A model generated the notes under the pieces. It did not search any database and had not been told where the DNA came from. It saw only the letters and a list, made by a program, of their open reading frames with translations. A stretch of DNA of 64,000 nucleotides, from assembly GCA_963663405.2 (NCBI GenBank), contig CAXXSM010000150.1, positions 32,001 to 96,000 on the forward strand. Reading direction: 5' to 3'. A program made the position numbers and the translations under genes. The DNA comes from a bacterium (GTDB taxonomy: Bacteria > Hinthialibacterota > Hinthialibacteria > Hinthialibacterales > Hinthialibacteraceae). Positions 49,537 through 62,274 of this stretch are shown one piece after another; position 1 is the stretch's first letter; every line of letters begins with the position of its first letter.

Positions 49537-51930
49537 TTACTCTTTCTGCAAAGCAAGATCGAGAACTTGATCCATCTCCGAAACAAACTCGATTTTCATT
49601 TTACTGACCACATGCTTTGGGATATCCGGTAAATCTTTGCGGTTTTCTTCCGGCAGGATCACACGGGGGAAATCAGCGCGATGAGCGGCAAGCACTTTTT
49701 CTTTGATCCCGCCAACGGGGAAGACTTTCCCCCGCAGGGTGATCTCACCCGTCATGGCCACACCCGGCGCAACCGGTCTTCCCGTCAACGCGGAGATCAA
49801 AGCCGTTGCGATTGTGATTCCAGCGGAGGGGCCGTCTTTCGGAATCGCGCCTTCCGGAACATGGATATGAATATCGAAGCGTTGATGAAAATCCCGTGAA
49901 AGATTCAATGCGCGGGAGCGGGACCGGGCGAAACTCAAGGCGGCCTTGGCGGATTCCTGCATGACTTCACCCAATTTACCCGTGAGAGTCAGTTTCCCGG
50001 ATCCTTCCATAATGGTCACTTCGGTGGAAAGGATTTCCCCTCCGGCGCTGGTAACCGCCAAACCAGTCGCGCAGCCGATTCCATTCGCTTTACTGTCTTT
50101 CGACTCGCGGAAACGGGGAATCCCCAAAAGGTCGTTGACCATTTTTGGAGTGACCTTCACACTTTTCTTGAGTTCTTTATTGACTGACTTCCGGGCCAGT
50201 TTCCGGCAAACCGAAGCCAGTTCCCGTTCAAGATTACGAACGCCCGCTTCCCGTGTGTAATCCCGGATGACTTGTAAAACCGCCGGACTCGAAAAATCGG
50301 GTTTGATCGTTGTCAATCCATGATTCGTGATCTGTTTCGGGATCAAGAAATCCGTAGCGATATGCACTTTTTCTTCTTCCGCGTAACTGGGAATCTCGAT
50401 CACCTCCATCCGGTCCTGCAACGCCGGCGGCACTGGATGAATCACGTTCGCGGTGGCGATAAACATGACATTGGATAGATCGAATTCCACTTCAAGGAAA
50501 TGATCGCTGAACGAGCAATTCTGCTCCGGATCAAGCGCTTCCAACAAAGCGGAAGAAGGATCGCCGCGAAAATCGGCGCTCATTTTATCGATCTCATCCA
50601 ATAAAAACACAGGATTATTCGATTTCACCTTTTTGAGCGATTGAATGATCCGGCCCGGCATCGAACCAATATACGTGCGCCGATGTCCCCGGATTTCCGC
50701 TTCATCCCGCACACCACCGAGTGAAATACGCACAAAATTACGCCCTAAAGCGCGGGCGATCGACCGCCCAAGAGAGGTTTTCCCTACACCGGGAGGGCCG
50801 ACAAAACAGATAATAGGGCCTTTAAGATCCTTCTTTAACTTCCGCACTGCTAAAAATTCGAGGATTCGTTCTTTGGGTTTCTCAAGCCCATAATGATCCT
50901 CATTTAGAATCGCTTCCGCTTTTTTATTGTCGAGCCGGTCTTTGGTGGATTTCGACCAGGGTAGATCACAGAGCCAATCCAGATAATTCCGCACAACCGT
51001 GGCTTCCGGTGAAAGCGGAGGCATGGATGATAGGCGTTCCAACTCCTCTTTCGCCTTTTCTTCCGCCTCTTTGCTCATTTTCGCTTGCTTGATCCGCTCG
51101 CGGTACTTATTCCATTCTTCCGCGCCATCATTCTCTTTCCCCAATTCCCGCTGAATGGCTTTGATTTGCTCGTGCAGATAGTATTCCTTTTGGGATTGTT
51201 CCATCTGCTTTCGCACTTCACCTTTGATCTTCTGTTCCAATTCGAGAATTTCCACCTCGCCCGTGAGGAGTTTGGAAAGATATTTAAGCCGTGAAGAAGG
51301 AGACACACTGGCTAGAAGACGCTGCTTATCCGCGACTTTCACCGATAAATGCGCCGCGATACTGTCCGACAAGCGGGACGGATCGTCCTGATTCATAATC
51401 GAGAGAAGAGTCTCTTGCGGTACTTTACGGTTCAATTTGACGTAGGATTCAAATGACTCATTGACATGCCGCATAAGAGCCTGGAGTTCAGGTCCTTTTT
51501 CTTTCCGCTCGCGGAATGTAGTAATTTTAGCGATATAATACTCATCGGGCTTAATTTCAGAGATCCGAACCCGGTCCATCCCTTCGACCAACACTTTGAT
51601 CGATCCATCCGGCAGTTTGAGCAATTGAAGGATATTGACTAACGCGCCGACCGCATAAAGATCCTTTTGTGAAGGATCATCAACCTCTATCTTTTTTTGA
51701 GCGACTAGAACGATGCGTTTGTTCGCTTGCATTCCCGCTTCCAGCGCAGCGACCGATTTCGGACGTCCTACAAACAAAGGGATAATCATTCCCGGAAAAA
51801 TCACTACATCCCGAAGCGGAAGAAGCGGATACTCATTCTTACCCAAAGCCACTTCTTTTTTCTCTTCTTTCAAGGCTTTATCCACTTGCTCAATACTATC
51901 GATAGTTAAATCCGGTTCCGTTTTCTTCAT
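49537..51930 (-). CDS. lon: ATP-dependent Lon protease
   Basis: LPLRD N-domain, [16 protein letters not shown] and GGIKEK. Confidence 0.97.
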   Translation of the reverse strand: MKKTEPDLTIDSIEQVDKALKEEKKEVALGKNEYPLLPLRDVVIFPGMIIPLFVGRPKSVAALEAGMQANKRIVLVAQKKIEVDDPSQKDLYAVGALVNILQLLKLPDGSIKVLVEGMDRVRISEIKPDEYYIAKITTFRERKEKGPELQALMRHVNESFESYVKLNRKVPQETLLSIMNQDDPSRLSDSIAAHLSVKVADKQRLLASVSPSSRLKYLSKLLTGEVEILELEQKIKGEVRKQMEQSQKEYYLHEQIKAIQRELGKENDGAEEWNKYRERIKQAKMSKEAEEKAKEELERLSSMPPLSPEATVVRNYLDWLCDLPWSKSTKDRLDNKKAEAILNEDHYGLEKPKERILEFLAVRKLKKDLKGPIICFVGPPGVGKTSLGRSIARALGRNFVRISLGGVRDEAEIRGHRRTYIGSMPGRIIQSLKKVKSNNPVFLLDEIDKMSADFRGDPSSALLEALDPEQNCSFSDHFLEVEFDLSNVMFIATANVIHPVPPALQDRMEVIEIPSYAEEEKVHIATDFLIPKQITNHGLTTIKPDFSSPAVLQVIRDYTREAGVRNLERELASVCRKLARKSVNKELKKSVKVTPKMVNDLLGIPRFRESKDSKANGIGCATGLAVTSAGGEILSTEVTIMEGSGKLTLTGKLGEVMQESAKAALSFARSRSRALNLSRDFHQRFDIHIHVPEGAIPKDGPSAGITIATALISALTGRPVAPGVAMTGEITLRGKVFPVGGIKEKVLAAHRADFPRVILPEENRKDLPDIPKHVVSKMKIEFVSEMDQVLDLALQKE

Positions 51931-52142
51931 GTTTATCTAGTTCATTCTGTTGGGATTCGATTTTTTCAAGGCAAATCGGTGAATTCAGATTTCAGAGTTT
52001 CAATGCCATTCAAGCATGCAAAGGGGATAGTGAAGACTCCAATCGGCTACAGCGATAAAAAAAAGAAGACAATTGATGATCGTATCCTTGACTTAGAGGA
52101 GTCCACTTAAATGATTGTTTTGCCTAAGTCCGCAAATTTGAT

Positions 52143-53150
52143 TTAAGATTCCGACTTTTCATTCGAATTATCAGCGGCGATCGCAATACCGCTATGAGGC
52201 GCTTCGTAGAAGACTCCCATTTTACGAAAGCGATCGTACCGGTCTTGGATCAATTCTTCCGGGCTAAGACCACTCAATTCGCCTAAATGCTTTAAAATTG
52301 CCTCTTTCACCAACTTGGCTGTCTCTTCGGGACCCCGATGCGCCCCACCAAGCGGTTCGGGAATGATCTCATCAATCAGCCCCAGATTCTTTAAATCGGA
52401 AGAAACGATCCGCATCGTCCCCGCCACACTGGAGGCTTTTGTCCGATCTTTCAAAATAATCGCCGCGCAGGCCTCCGGTGTGCAAACCGCATAATAGGCG
52501 TTTTCCAAGATTAACACTCGGTTCCCTACACCGATTGCCAGAGCCCCGCCGCTTCCCCCTTCCCCCAGCACTACACAAATAATAGGGACGCCAAGCTGCG
52601 ACATAACCTCTAAATTCTTCGCGATCGCTTCATGCTGCCCCCGTTCTTCGGCGCCGATTCCTGGAAACGCCCCTGGAGAATCAATGAACGTAATGATCGG
52701 TGTACGAAATCGGGCGGCGGTTTCCATGATCCGGCGCGCTTTCCGGAAACCTTCCGGATGAGGCATACCAAAATTTCTCCGGATGTTCTCATCGGTATCC
52801 CGGCCCTTTTGATGACCGATCACAGCGACAGAGATCCCCTCGATCGTACAAAAACCGGACACGATCGCTTCATCGTCCCGGAACGCCCGGTCTCCATGCA
52901 ATTCCACAAAATCTTCTGTAATCCGGTGGATATAATCCAAGGTGTAGGGACGATCCGGATGACGCGCCAATTGAACGCGCTGCCAGGGGGTTAAGTTCGA
53001 AAAAATCTCGCCAAGCAGCCCATCTAATTTTTCCCGGAGAGGATGAATTTCGTGAGAGAGATTCACATCCCTGGAGTGCGCGTACACTTCTAATTGTTCG
53101 ATCTTTGATTCAACTTCCCGTAACGGTTTTTCAAATTCCAGATAGCGCAT
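52143..53150 (-). CDS. accA: Acetyl-CoA carboxylase carboxyltransferase alpha subunit
   Basis: YLEFEKP, ARHPDRP, ELHGDR and GEGGSGGAL. Confidence 0.97.
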   Translation of the reverse strand: MRYLEFEKPLREVESKIEQLEVYAHSRDVNLSHEIHPLREKLDGLLGEIFSNLTPWQRVQLARHPDRPYTLDYIHRITEDFVELHGDRAFRDDEAIVSGFCTIEGISVAVIGHQKGRDTDENIRRNFGMPHPEGFRKARRIMETAARFRTPIITFIDSPGAFPGIGAEERGQHEAIAKNLEVMSQLGVPIICVVLGEGGSGGALAIGVGNRVLILENAYYAVCTPEACAAIILKDRTKASSVAGTMRIVSSDLKNLGLIDEIIPEPLGGAHRGPEETAKLVKEAILKHLGELSGLSPEELIQDRYDRFRKMGVFYEAPHSGIAIAADNSNEKSES

Positions 53151-53320
53151 TCTTTTACACTTTCACTTTATTCATTCAGACAATGATAAAACGGCAAAAC
53201 GCCGGGTTGGTTTTCAATTTTTGTTATATTCGAGCAATACGAATCATTTTTGTATAAGGTCAGGCACATGAAGTGATATACTAACAATCACCAATAAACA
53301 AGACATTAAGACGCTTATTC

Positions 53321-53340
53321 TCCCCCCAGGACTGGGGGGA
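53321..53340. repeat. Intergenic REP-like palindrome
   Basis: TCCCCCCAG-GA-CTGGGGGGA. Confidence 0.45.
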
Positions 53341-53631
53341 CGAATCCTATTACTTCAGATGACTGACCAATTACTCATTTTTATAATAAAATGATTATAC
53401 TCGAATCAATAAAAAATTTATCCCTTGGAGTCCCCCTAGACACAAACCATTGCAAATCTTTCACCCCAGCGCAGCATTGAGAGTCGAGATGGTTCCACTA
53501 GAATGGAATCCATTGTATACGTCCAATCTCAGTTGAACAATATACGCCAGTACGACGTAGAAAAAAGAGATCCATTAATCTTCTCTCTCCCGCTTAGGAA
53601 TTCGGGAATTTTGTGGTACTGTTCTTGCGCT

Positions 53632-54645
53632 ATGAATATCAATCGAAAATATATCATTCTCGCGATCACGGCTCTAATCTTAGGGATACTGCTCTGGCAC
53701 ATGGATATTCCATTAGCCATCGAGAAAATCCAGAACGCCGATTTTGGATGTATCGTATTAGCGACATGCCTCTCCTTTTTTTTCCCGCTTTTGTGCGCTA
53801 TTCGGTGGAACATTATTTGTAACTGCCTCGGCGCCCATCTCGGATTATGGGAAAGCATAAAAATCATCATGGCCGCCTGGCCGCTCGCTTCGATCACGCC
53901 AGCGAAATCGGGCGATCTCATTAAGATATTGTTCCTGAAAAACATTCTCACCTATTCGCATACGACCGGTGTCATCCTCGCCGAACGGATTATGGATTTC
54001 GTCGCCCTCTGTCTCTATGCGTTCGTTTGGAGCGCGGTTTTCGGCCTTTGGGATAAAGTCATCATTGCGGCGGGTTTATTAGGGGGCGTCCTGGCTTTCT
54101 TTCTCGTCGCCGCTTCCCCCTTGGTTCAATTCGTTCCAGGTAAATGGCGGTCATTCTGCGAGCAGATTCTGGAAGCGTCCCAAAAAATGTGTATGGACTG
54201 GCGGCCGTTCTTCTGGATCGTTGTAGTGAGTTTATTGAATTGGTTTCTTTCTTTTTTGCAAACGTGGCTCTGCTACCGGGCCTTTGGCGTTGATCTTTCT
54301 CTCTATCACATCATGGCTGTCATGCCGTTCGCCATTTTCATCGGCCTCATTCCAATCACACTTTCCGGCATGGGGACGCGGGACACCGCGATTTATCTTC
54401 TCTTCCGCAATCTCGTCGACGCAAGCGTGACAAAAGAGATTCATTTGATGGTGGGATTTTTATACTCAATTTTCGGCTACTGGCTTCTCTCCTTGTTGGG
54501 ATTACCCTTTCTCAAAGCGGCCCTGCAAGGAGCGATCGGTGGCGTCAAAGGAGAAGACCTTCGCAAAATCGCTTACAACACTCTCTCCAATCCAACCCCT
54601 GTGGATTCACCGGAGCCTTCTTCCGGTGTGGATCAGGTAAAATAA
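53632..54645 (+). CDS. Lysylphosphatidylglycerol synthase TM / flippase-like (UPF0104) protein
   Basis: RW, TPAKSGDLIK, ERIMD and PITLSGMGTRD. Confidence 0.85.
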   Translation: MNINRKYIILAITALILGILLWHMDIPLAIEKIQNADFGCIVLATCLSFFFPLLCAIRWNIICNCLGAHLGLWESIKIIMAAWPLASITPAKSGDLIKILFLKNILTYSHTTGVILAERIMDFVALCLYAFVWSAVFGLWDKVIIAAGLLGGVLAFFLVAASPLVQFVPGKWRSFCEQILEASQKMCMDWRPFFWIVVVSLLNWFLSFLQTWLCYRAFGVDLSLYHIMAVMPFAIFIGLIPITLSGMGTRDTAIYLLFRNLVDASVTKEIHLMVGFLYSIFGYWLLSLLGLPFLKAALQGAIGGVKGEDLRKIAYNTLSNPTPVDSPEPSSGVDQVK

Positions 54646-54801
54646 GGGAACAGTTATTCAGAAAGGATGGATATTTCATTAACCTTGTTCGATCGTTGAT
54701 TCTATTGTACACTTTCGTCTCATTCATTCGAGGAGCATGAATATGGGATAATAATAATCGACAATTTAGCTTCTTTCTCATGTTCGCGGATGAACGATAA
54801 C

Positions 54802-54825
54802 AGGGTTCCTAGAAACCCTTTTTTT
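54802..54825 (+). terminator. Rho-independent terminator
   Basis: AGGGTT-CCTAGA-AACCCT followed by a T run. Confidence 0.5.
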
Positions 54826-55003
54826 AATATATTGTTGTTGGATTATTTAGCTAAATGGACGCGCTCATCAAGAACTGGTTTCCATGCTTGAACTCATGAA
54901 AACAGATTGTAAGACCTATTTTGGAGAACTAGGATACGTCAGGACATCCATATTTTATGAGCGTGGCTGCGATAAGGTATTATATAATCAAAGGAGACGT
55001 TAC

Positions 55004-56815
55004 ATGAAAACGCCTACGAACAACAAGAAACTGATCGAGTGGGTCGAAGAAGTCGCTCAGCTGACTCAACCCGACAGCATAGAATGGTGTGATGGATCTA
55101 AAGAAGAATACGATCGAATGATCAAAATCACGGTTGATAGTGGTGTAGCCATCCAATTAAATCCTCAAAAACGTCCGAATTCTGTCCTGTTCCGTTCCGA
55201 TCCTTCTGATGTGGCCCGCGTGGAAAACCGTACTTATATCGCGTCAAAAACCAAGGAAGCGGCCGGTCCAACCAACAATTGGATCGATCCTGATGAACTC
55301 AAAAAAACCATGAAAGGACTTTATCAGGGCTGCATGAAAGGGCGGACCTTGTATGTAATTCCTTTCTCAATGGGACCGGTCGGTTCAGACGCCGCTAAAA
55401 TCGGTATTGAAATCACTGATTCCCCCTATGTCGTGGCGAATATGCACATGATGACCCGCGTCGGAACAAAAGTTCTCGAAGTATTGGGAGAGGATGGAGA
55501 ATTCATTCCCTGTCTTCACTCCGTCGGTAAACCCCTGGCCGAAGGCGAAACCGACGAGGGCAAATGGCCATGCGCTCCCATCGAAGAAAAATACATTTCC
55601 CACTTCCCCGAAGAACGCACAATCTGGTCGTACGGTTCCGGCTATGGTGGAAACGCTCTTCTCGGGAAGAAATGTTTGGCGTTGCGTATCGCTTCCGTTA
55701 TTGCGCGTGACGAAGGCTGGATGGCCGAACATATGTTGATTCTTGGAATCACGAATCCCAAAGGCGAAAAAAAATATATTGTCGCCGCGTTCCCTTCCGC
55801 CTGTGGCAAGACCAATTTGACCATGCTGATTCCGACAATTCCCGGTTGGAAAATTGAAACCGTGGGGGATGATATCGCCTGGATGAGATTCGGCCAGGAT
55901 GGACGTCTCTATGCGAGTAATCCCGAATCGGGATTTTTCGGCGTGGCGCCAGGGACATCCATGGATTCCAACCCAAACGCCTTGCTATCAATCGAGAAAA
56001 ACGCCATCTTCACCAACGTCGCTCTCACGGAAGACAAGGATGTCTGGTGGGAAGGAATCGGATATCCACCTCCCGGCAAATTGATCGACTGGCATGGAAA
56101 TGAATGGGAAGAAGCCACTGCGGAAAAACCCGCCGCCCATCCCAATTCCCGCTTTACCGCCTGGGCGTCGCAATGCCCGGTGATCTCACCGGATTGGGAA
56201 AATCCCGCCGGTGTGCCGATTAGCGCCATCTTATTTGGCGGCCGCCGCCCAAGTACGGTTCCTCTCGTCTACCAGGCGCGAAATTGGAATCACGGCGTAT
56301 TTATGGGCTCCATTGTCGGATCTGAAATCACGGCGGCCGCGCTCGATCTCAAAGCCGGAACCATTCGCCGCGATCCATTCGCCATGCTCCCATTCTGTGG
56401 GTACAACATGGGCGACTATTTCCAACATTGGATCAATCTGGGCGCAAAAGCGGAAGCGGATAAATTACCCGAAATTTTCTTTGTCAACTGGTTCCGTAAA
56501 AATGAAAACGGTGATTGGCTATGGCCCGGATACGGCGAAAACAGCCGTGTTCTAAAATGGATCTTTGAACAATGCAGCGGTGAAGGAAAATCCACCGAAA
56601 CCGCCATTGGTATCGTTCCCACAGCCGACGCCATCGACCGCCCCGATGGGGTATCTAATGAAGACATGTCCGAATTGCTTGCTCTGGACAAAGAAGGTTG
56701 GCTGAAAGAAGTCAATTCCATCCGGAACGAACATTACCCCAAATTCGGCGATAAACTCCCTAACGAACTCATTGTCGAACTCGATAAACTGGAAGAACGA
56801 TTGAAAAACACTTAA
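55004..56815 (+). CDS. pckG: Phosphoenolpyruvate carboxykinase (GTP)
   Basis: [33 protein letters not shown] and VGDDIAW; RBS AAGGAG before ATG 55004. Confidence 0.97.
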   Translation: MKTPTNNKKLIEWVEEVAQLTQPDSIEWCDGSKEEYDRMIKITVDSGVAIQLNPQKRPNSVLFRSDPSDVARVENRTYIASKTKEAAGPTNNWIDPDELKKTMKGLYQGCMKGRTLYVIPFSMGPVGSDAAKIGIEITDSPYVVANMHMMTRVGTKVLEVLGEDGEFIPCLHSVGKPLAEGETDEGKWPCAPIEEKYISHFPEERTIWSYGSGYGGNALLGKKCLALRIASVIARDEGWMAEHMLILGITNPKGEKKYIVAAFPSACGKTNLTMLIPTIPGWKIETVGDDIAWMRFGQDGRLYASNPESGFFGVAPGTSMDSNPNALLSIEKNAIFTNVALTEDKDVWWEGIGYPPPGKLIDWHGNEWEEATAEKPAAHPNSRFTAWASQCPVISPDWENPAGVPISAILFGGRRPSTVPLVYQARNWNHGVFMGSIVGSEITAAALDLKAGTIRRDPFAMLPFCGYNMGDYFQHWINLGAKAEADKLPEIFFVNWFRKNENGDWLWPGYGENSRVLKWIFEQCSGEGKSTETAIGIVPTADAIDRPDGVSNEDMSELLALDKEGWLKEVNSIRNEHYPKFGDKLPNELIVELDKLEERLKNT

Positions 56816-56924
56816 TCAAGTCGATGTAAAGAACAAATGCGTCACGTAGAGCGATAGAATTATTAATCCGGCTCCATCTCAATTTGTACCTTTTGAAAAT
56901 AGTTGCAGAAAAGAAAAAACGAAT

Positions 56925-56958
56925 CCACCCTCCCTCAGCCGGGGAGGGTGGTTTTTTT
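56925..56958 (+). terminator. Rho-independent terminator of pckG
   Basis: CCACCCTCCCT-CAGCC-GGGGAGGGTGG followed by T7. Confidence 0.85.
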
Positions 56959-57146
56959 ATATGAAAATGAATTTCAGAGACTGGCTCATTCAAGGTTTCT
57001 ACCGCAACTCATTTTCATTTGCAATTGTGATCTCAATCATGATGGTTTATATGAATAACGCTGGTCCAATTGAATCAAAAAGCGATCGGCGTATACTTCT
57101 AGCATTCCCGAATCGGCGCGGTCACTCTTACGCAGGAACGTTTATT

Positions 57147-59925
57147 ATGAAAAAAATTATTCTCCGGGGCGCGAAAGAACATAATTTAAAATCAATCGAT
57201 CTAGAGATCCCACGAGATCAACTGGTCGTATTCACCGGAGTCAGTGGATCGGGGAAATCGTCCTTGGCGTTCGATACGATCTACGCCGAGGGACAGCGCC
57301 GCTATGTTGAATCACTGTCAGCCTACGCCCGCCAGTTTTTAGGCCAGATGGAAAAACCCAAGGTGGATTTTATCGCGGGCCTTTCACCGGCTATCTCCAT
57401 CGAGCAGAAAAGCACAAGCAAGAATCCCCGCTCCACCGTCGGCACGGTGACAGAAATATACGATTATCTCCGGCTGCTCTTTTCCCGCTGCGGTGTTCCC
57501 TATTGTCCCGATTGCAGAATACCTGTTGGATCTCAAACCTTGGATCAGATCGTAGATCGAATCATGAACCTGCCCGAATCGACGCGCTTCATGCTCCTCG
57601 CCCCCAAAGCGAGGGAACGGAAGGGGGGAATACAAAGATCTATTCGACCGCGCTCGGAAAGACGGCTTTGTCCGTGTCCGCGTCGACGGCCACATCATGG
57701 ATCTCGATCAAAAAATCGCCCTGGATAAAAAACTCGCGCATACCGTCGAAATCGTCATCGACCGATTGGTGATGAAACCCGATATTCAATCCCGCCTGTC
57801 GGATTCGGTCGAAATGGCTCTCAACCAGGGAGACGGCGTATTAATCGTCAACGTCCCCGGCGAAGAAGATACCCTTTACAGCGCGAAAAACGCCTGCCTG
57901 CAATGCGGTCGCTCATTCGATGATCTAACACCCCAGCATTTTTCGTTTAACCATCCTATCGGCATGTGTTCAGAATGCGATGGGTTGGGACGAAAGTTGG
58001 AACTCGATCCAGAATTGATCGTTCCCGATCCGAACCGCTCGGTCGTGGATGGCGCGATTGTGCTTTTGAAAAATCTATTTGATGAAGACAACAAAGCGCA
58101 ATACGCCTTCCACGCGAGAAGACGCATCGAAACCTTCGCCCGCAAGCATAAAATCTCCCTAACACAACCATGGAAAAAACTTACCAAAAAAGCGGTGAAC
58201 TTGCTGCTCTACGGAGACAAGAAAAGCACAAAGGATTATCCAGGCGTCATCCCAGAAATTGAGCGCTGGTTCGCCAATACATCATCGGAAGGATTCCGCA
58301 CGTACCTCCTGGAAACATTCATGCGCCGGATTCCCTGCGAATCCTGTCAGGGCGGCCGATTGAAACCCGAAGCGCTGGTGGTCCAATTCTGCGGGAAGCA
58401 GATTAAAGAAGTGACGGATTTGAATGTCTCCTCCGCCCTGCGTTTTTTCAAAGAAGTGGAACTCGATTCCCGGCAGGAACAGATCACCGGTGACGTTCTT
58501 AAGGAAATCCGTGGGCGGCTCAAATTCCTAGACGACGTAGGACTTGGTTACCTGACCTTGAGCCGCGCCGCCCCAAGCCTGTCCGGGGGGGAAGCGCAGC
58601 GCATCCGGCTCGCCAGCCAGATCGGCAGCGCGCTGGTTGGTGTTTTGTATGTCCTGGACGAACCCAGCATCGGCCTGCATCAGCGAGACAACCAGCGATT
58701 GATCGACACTCTCTGCCACCTGCGCGATATAGGCAATACGGTTCTCGTTGTAGAACACGATATGGAGATGATGGAATCCGCCGATTACATCGTGGATTTT
58801 GGACCCGGCGCAGGCCGGGATGGCGGAGAAATCATCGCTGCGGGAAATCCCAATACAATTCGAAACCATCCAGATTCGCTCACTGGCGCATATCTCGCGG
58901 ATCGCGACCGAATCGAAATTCCTCAACAACGCCGCCAAGGAAACGGAAAAACGATCTCCATCCTCGGCGCGCGGGAGAATAATCTTCAAAACATCGATGT
59001 CGACTTGCCCCTTGGTGTATTTACCTGTGTGACCGGTGTATCCGGTTCAGGGAAAAGCAGTCTGATCACCGAGATTCTCTTCAAAGCGATGAGCCGGAAA
59101 CTGCACCGCGCCCAGATTCTTCCCGGTGAACATAAAGATATTAAAGGCGCCGAATATGTCGATAAGATCATTGAAATCGATCAAAAACCCATCGGCCGGA
59201 CACCCCGTTCCAATCCCGCGACCTACGTAAAGGCCTTCGATCCGATCCGTCAGCTATTCGCGGAACTTCCCGACGCGAAATTAAGAGGGTACAAAGCGGG
59301 CCGCTTTTCATTCAATGTCCGGGGAGGACGCTGTGAAGCCTGCAATGGAGACGGTTCAAAAAAAATTGAGATGCACTTTCTTCCCGATGTCTACGTCACC
59401 TGCGAAGTCTGCAAGGGTAAACGTTTCAACCGGGAAACATTGCAGGTCCGCTATAAAGGACACTCGATCGCCGATGTCCTTAATCTAACCATCAAAGAAG
59501 CGCTGGAATTATTTGACACAATTCCTCGAATCACCCGGATTCTGAATACACTCTGCCGGGTGGGACTCGATTATGTTCCTCTTGGCCAACCGGCGCCGAC
59601 CCTCTCCGGAGGAGAAGCCCAACGGGTGAAACTCGCCAAAGAACTCGCGCGCCGGGACACAGGCAAAACACTCTACATTCTCGATGAGCCGACAACCGGC
59701 CTACATTTTGAAGATATCAAAAAATTACTTCATGTCTTAGATGAATTGGTCGAACGAGGGAATACGGTAATTGTAATCGAACATAACCTGGATGTCATTA
59801 AATCCGCTGATTACATAGTCGACTTAGGACCCGAAGGTGGAGATGGAGGCGGAAGAGTGGTTGCGGCGGGAACTCCAGAAGAAATCGCGCAACATGAAAA
59901 ATCTTTATACCGGCCAGTTTTTTAA
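57147..59925 (+). CDS. uvrA: Excinuclease ABC subunit A; apparent +1 frameshifts at ~57623-57628 and near the 3' end, probably sequence errors
   Basis: [17 protein letters not shown] twice, LSGGEAQR twice, zinc fingers; removing one G from the G6 run restores RKGEYK. Confidence 0.95.
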
Positions 59926-60026
59926 AACCAATTCTAAACGAGCGCCTTCCCCAGAGAAAACCAGCATGATTAAGATATAATATTATTGTGTATGGGATGG
60001 AGGCAACATAAAAAGGAGTTGTTTGA

Positions 60027-60769
60027 ATGGGGAATCCCACCCTGCAGCGAACGCACGGACGCGCTCTCGATGAATTGAGAGAATTCACTTTTCAACGCCG
60101 GTATCTCGAATTCGCGGAAGGATCCTGCCTGGTCCAATTCGGGCGAACGAAAGTGATCTGCGCCGCTTCGATTGAGGACAAAGCGCCTCCCTTTCTAGTT
60201 GGCTCTGGGCAGGGATGGGTAACGGCGGAATATGCGATGCTGCCGAAATCAACCCAAAAACGCTCTCCCCGCTCAAAAATCAAGAGCGGCCGCAATCAGG
60301 AGATCCAACGGCTGATCGGACGATCGCTGCGCAGCGTCATGGATTTGGTAAAAATCGGTGAGCGCACGATCTACATCGATTGCGACGTTATCCAGGCGGA
60401 TGGAGGCACACGCACGGCGTCCATTTCCGGCGCGGGCGGTCGCTCTGCACGACGCGTTGTCGTTTATGATGAAAAATCATTTAATCAAAGAATGGCCTAT
60501 GCGGGAACTCGTCGCCGCAACGAGCGCCGGGATTGTGGACGGGGGTGACGTGTCTTGATCTGGATTACAGCGAAGACAGTGTCGCCGACGTCGATTTCAA
60601 CGTCGTTCAAACCGAATCCGGGCATTTCGTCGAGATTCAGGGAACCGCCGAACAAATCCCTTTCGACAGAAACCAACTCAATGAAATCCTTCTACTCGCC
60701 GATAAAGGGATTAAATCAATCCTCAAAGCGCAGCGCGCCATTCTCGCTTTAGAGGAATCCAGTCCTTAA
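60027..60769 (+). CDS. rph: Ribonuclease PH; two apparent +1 G frameshifts (~60434, ~60541), probably sequence errors
   Basis: [36 protein letters not shown], then LDLDYSEDS and EIQGTAE in shifted frames. Confidence 0.93.
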
Positions 60770-60786
60770 AAATAGCGGAACACATT

Positions 60787-61320
60787 ATGATTGAGTGGCT
60801 TGATTCTTTTATCTATCATACTGTCTTCTATGTTCCCACGTTTCTGATCCAGGAAGGTGAGAAAATTCCGTTTGAGCCCTGGACCAATCCGGCGGAACAA
60901 CAACAGCATCTGGCGACGACTCTGATCATGCTGGGTGTGTTGTCGGTTATTATCCTCATCATTCTTGCGATCAACTTTCAATATCTGCGTTGGAGACGAC
61001 ATAGTGAATTTGTGTCTGAAATCAGGTCCCTTAAACTTGATTCGGATACAGAAAGCGCGCTCTCGAAAGTCGTTAAACGATTTTCTTTGGACGATCCTAA
61101 AGAAGTGTTAGCTTCCTGCGAACTTTTCGATGAAATGGCGGTCGAGGAAATGAAACGCATTCTCTCTACGCCAGGAACCGTTCAATCCAAAACAGAAACC
61201 ATTGACGCTCTGTATAAAATCCGCGCAAAAGCGTATCAATCCAATCGGATCGATTCAGAAGTAATAAACGAAGAAATAGAACGAAAAGAATTCAATGAAA
61301 AATGGCAGGAACCGAAGTAA
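60787..61320 (+). CDS. Hypothetical single-pass membrane protein
   Basis: 177 aa ORF with one strong TM segment and a charged C-terminal domain. Confidence 0.6.
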   Translation: MIEWLDSFIYHTVFYVPTFLIQEGEKIPFEPWTNPAEQQQHLATTLIMLGVLSVIILIILAINFQYLRWRRHSEFVSEIRSLKLDSDTESALSKVVKRFSLDDPKEVLASCELFDEMAVEEMKRILSTPGTVQSKTETIDALYKIRAKAYQSNRIDSEVINEEIERKEFNEKWQEPK

Positions 61321-62274
61321 TGGATGTTTGATGCGCAACGTGAGATAAGTAGTCTTCTCCCCTCCGAAAATCTCCTTGAACCTCTCCACTCCTTGCAGAC
61401 CGCCACTAGCGCCGAAATTGAAGACCGAAATGTTTCTTTCCGAGGCGTCTTGGATCATATCCGCCATTAGAAGTTTGCTGCCATTCAGTTCAGAATACGA
61501 ATCATTTCGAGCGCCGGAATGATACAGCGCTTCCCCTTTTCCATAAAACATGACATCAATCGCGATTATTTCACCTTCATACTCCGCCCGCCAGATCCGG
61601 ACCTCATCCCCCGGCAAATCTACCAATGCGTCAAAAAAAGAAAGCGGCAGCGTTTCCACCCCTTGCCAGCGTTTGCAGGCTTTCTGATACAACGTCTTAA
61701 TCGTATCAATCGATCGCGCGTCATTCGACCAGCGCGTTTGAACGCCATCTCTTTTCGCCCGGCGGATGGTGGTCCGATTGCGGCTTTTAATCCGTTCCTT
61801 CCAGATCGTCTCAAATGGCTCGTCTAGATGGAGAATATGCGTCGTTCGTTCAATGACTTGAAAAAGACGAGTATTAGAAAATTCGCGTGTGGTTTCGAGA
61901 TCAGCGGGATTCAGCGTTACATCACAAATTGGCGTTTTCCAATCCAGATCATACCGCGCGGCGGCTAGGTAATGCCTAGGTGTAAGCGGTGAAGAACTAA
62001 TCAATCCACCATAGGATCCCCAATACATAGAATCCAGTTTCCGGATTCCAAAGCGCACAGGAACAGCAAATGCGGGAAAAACCGCTTCGCTTCCATCCGA
62101 AAACGAAAACCAGCGATGACATGGACGCGCGTGCGGCAAAACCTTACTGAGTATCTCCGCCCAGCGGGGAGTCTGGAAAAATGAATACCGATTCACGTCT
62201 CGCAGAATATCACGCCAGACCGATACGGGACATTCATCGGGAATCCGGGCGGTTTCTACTACCGCTAGGCTCAT
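61255..62274 (-). CDS. GNAT/FemAB-like acyltransferase
   Basis: FFQTP.W, YGG, R..IRRA...GV and FNFGAS...GVERFKE.FGG; ATGA-coupled to the upstream gene. Confidence 0.85.
   Translation of the reverse strand: MSLAVVETARIPDECPVSVWRDILRDVNRYSFFQTPRWAEILSKVLPHARPCHRWFSFSDGSEAVFPAFAVPVRFGIRKLDSMYWGSYGGLISSSPLTPRHYLAAARYDLDWKTPICDVTLNPADLETTREFSNTRLFQVIERTTHILHLDEPFETIWKERIKSRNRTTIRRAKRDGVQTRWSNDARSIDTIKTLYQKACKRWQGVETLPLSFFDALVDLPGDEVRIWRAEYEGEIIAIDVMFYGKGEALYHSGARNDSYSELNGSKLLMADMIQDASERNISVFNFGASGGLQGVERFKEIFGGEKTTYLTLRIKHPLLRFLPFFIEFFSFYFFVYYF

Noticed and set aside
57621-57630. Programmed frameshift or naturally split uvrA
   Set aside because: The same +1 homopolymer pattern recurs in rph and DUF418; sequence error is simpler.
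61255-61320. 66-bp convergent overlap between the GNAT gene and the membrane protein
   Set aside because: The overlapping tail is low-complexity Phe-rich read-through and could stem from a sequence error; no evidence of function.
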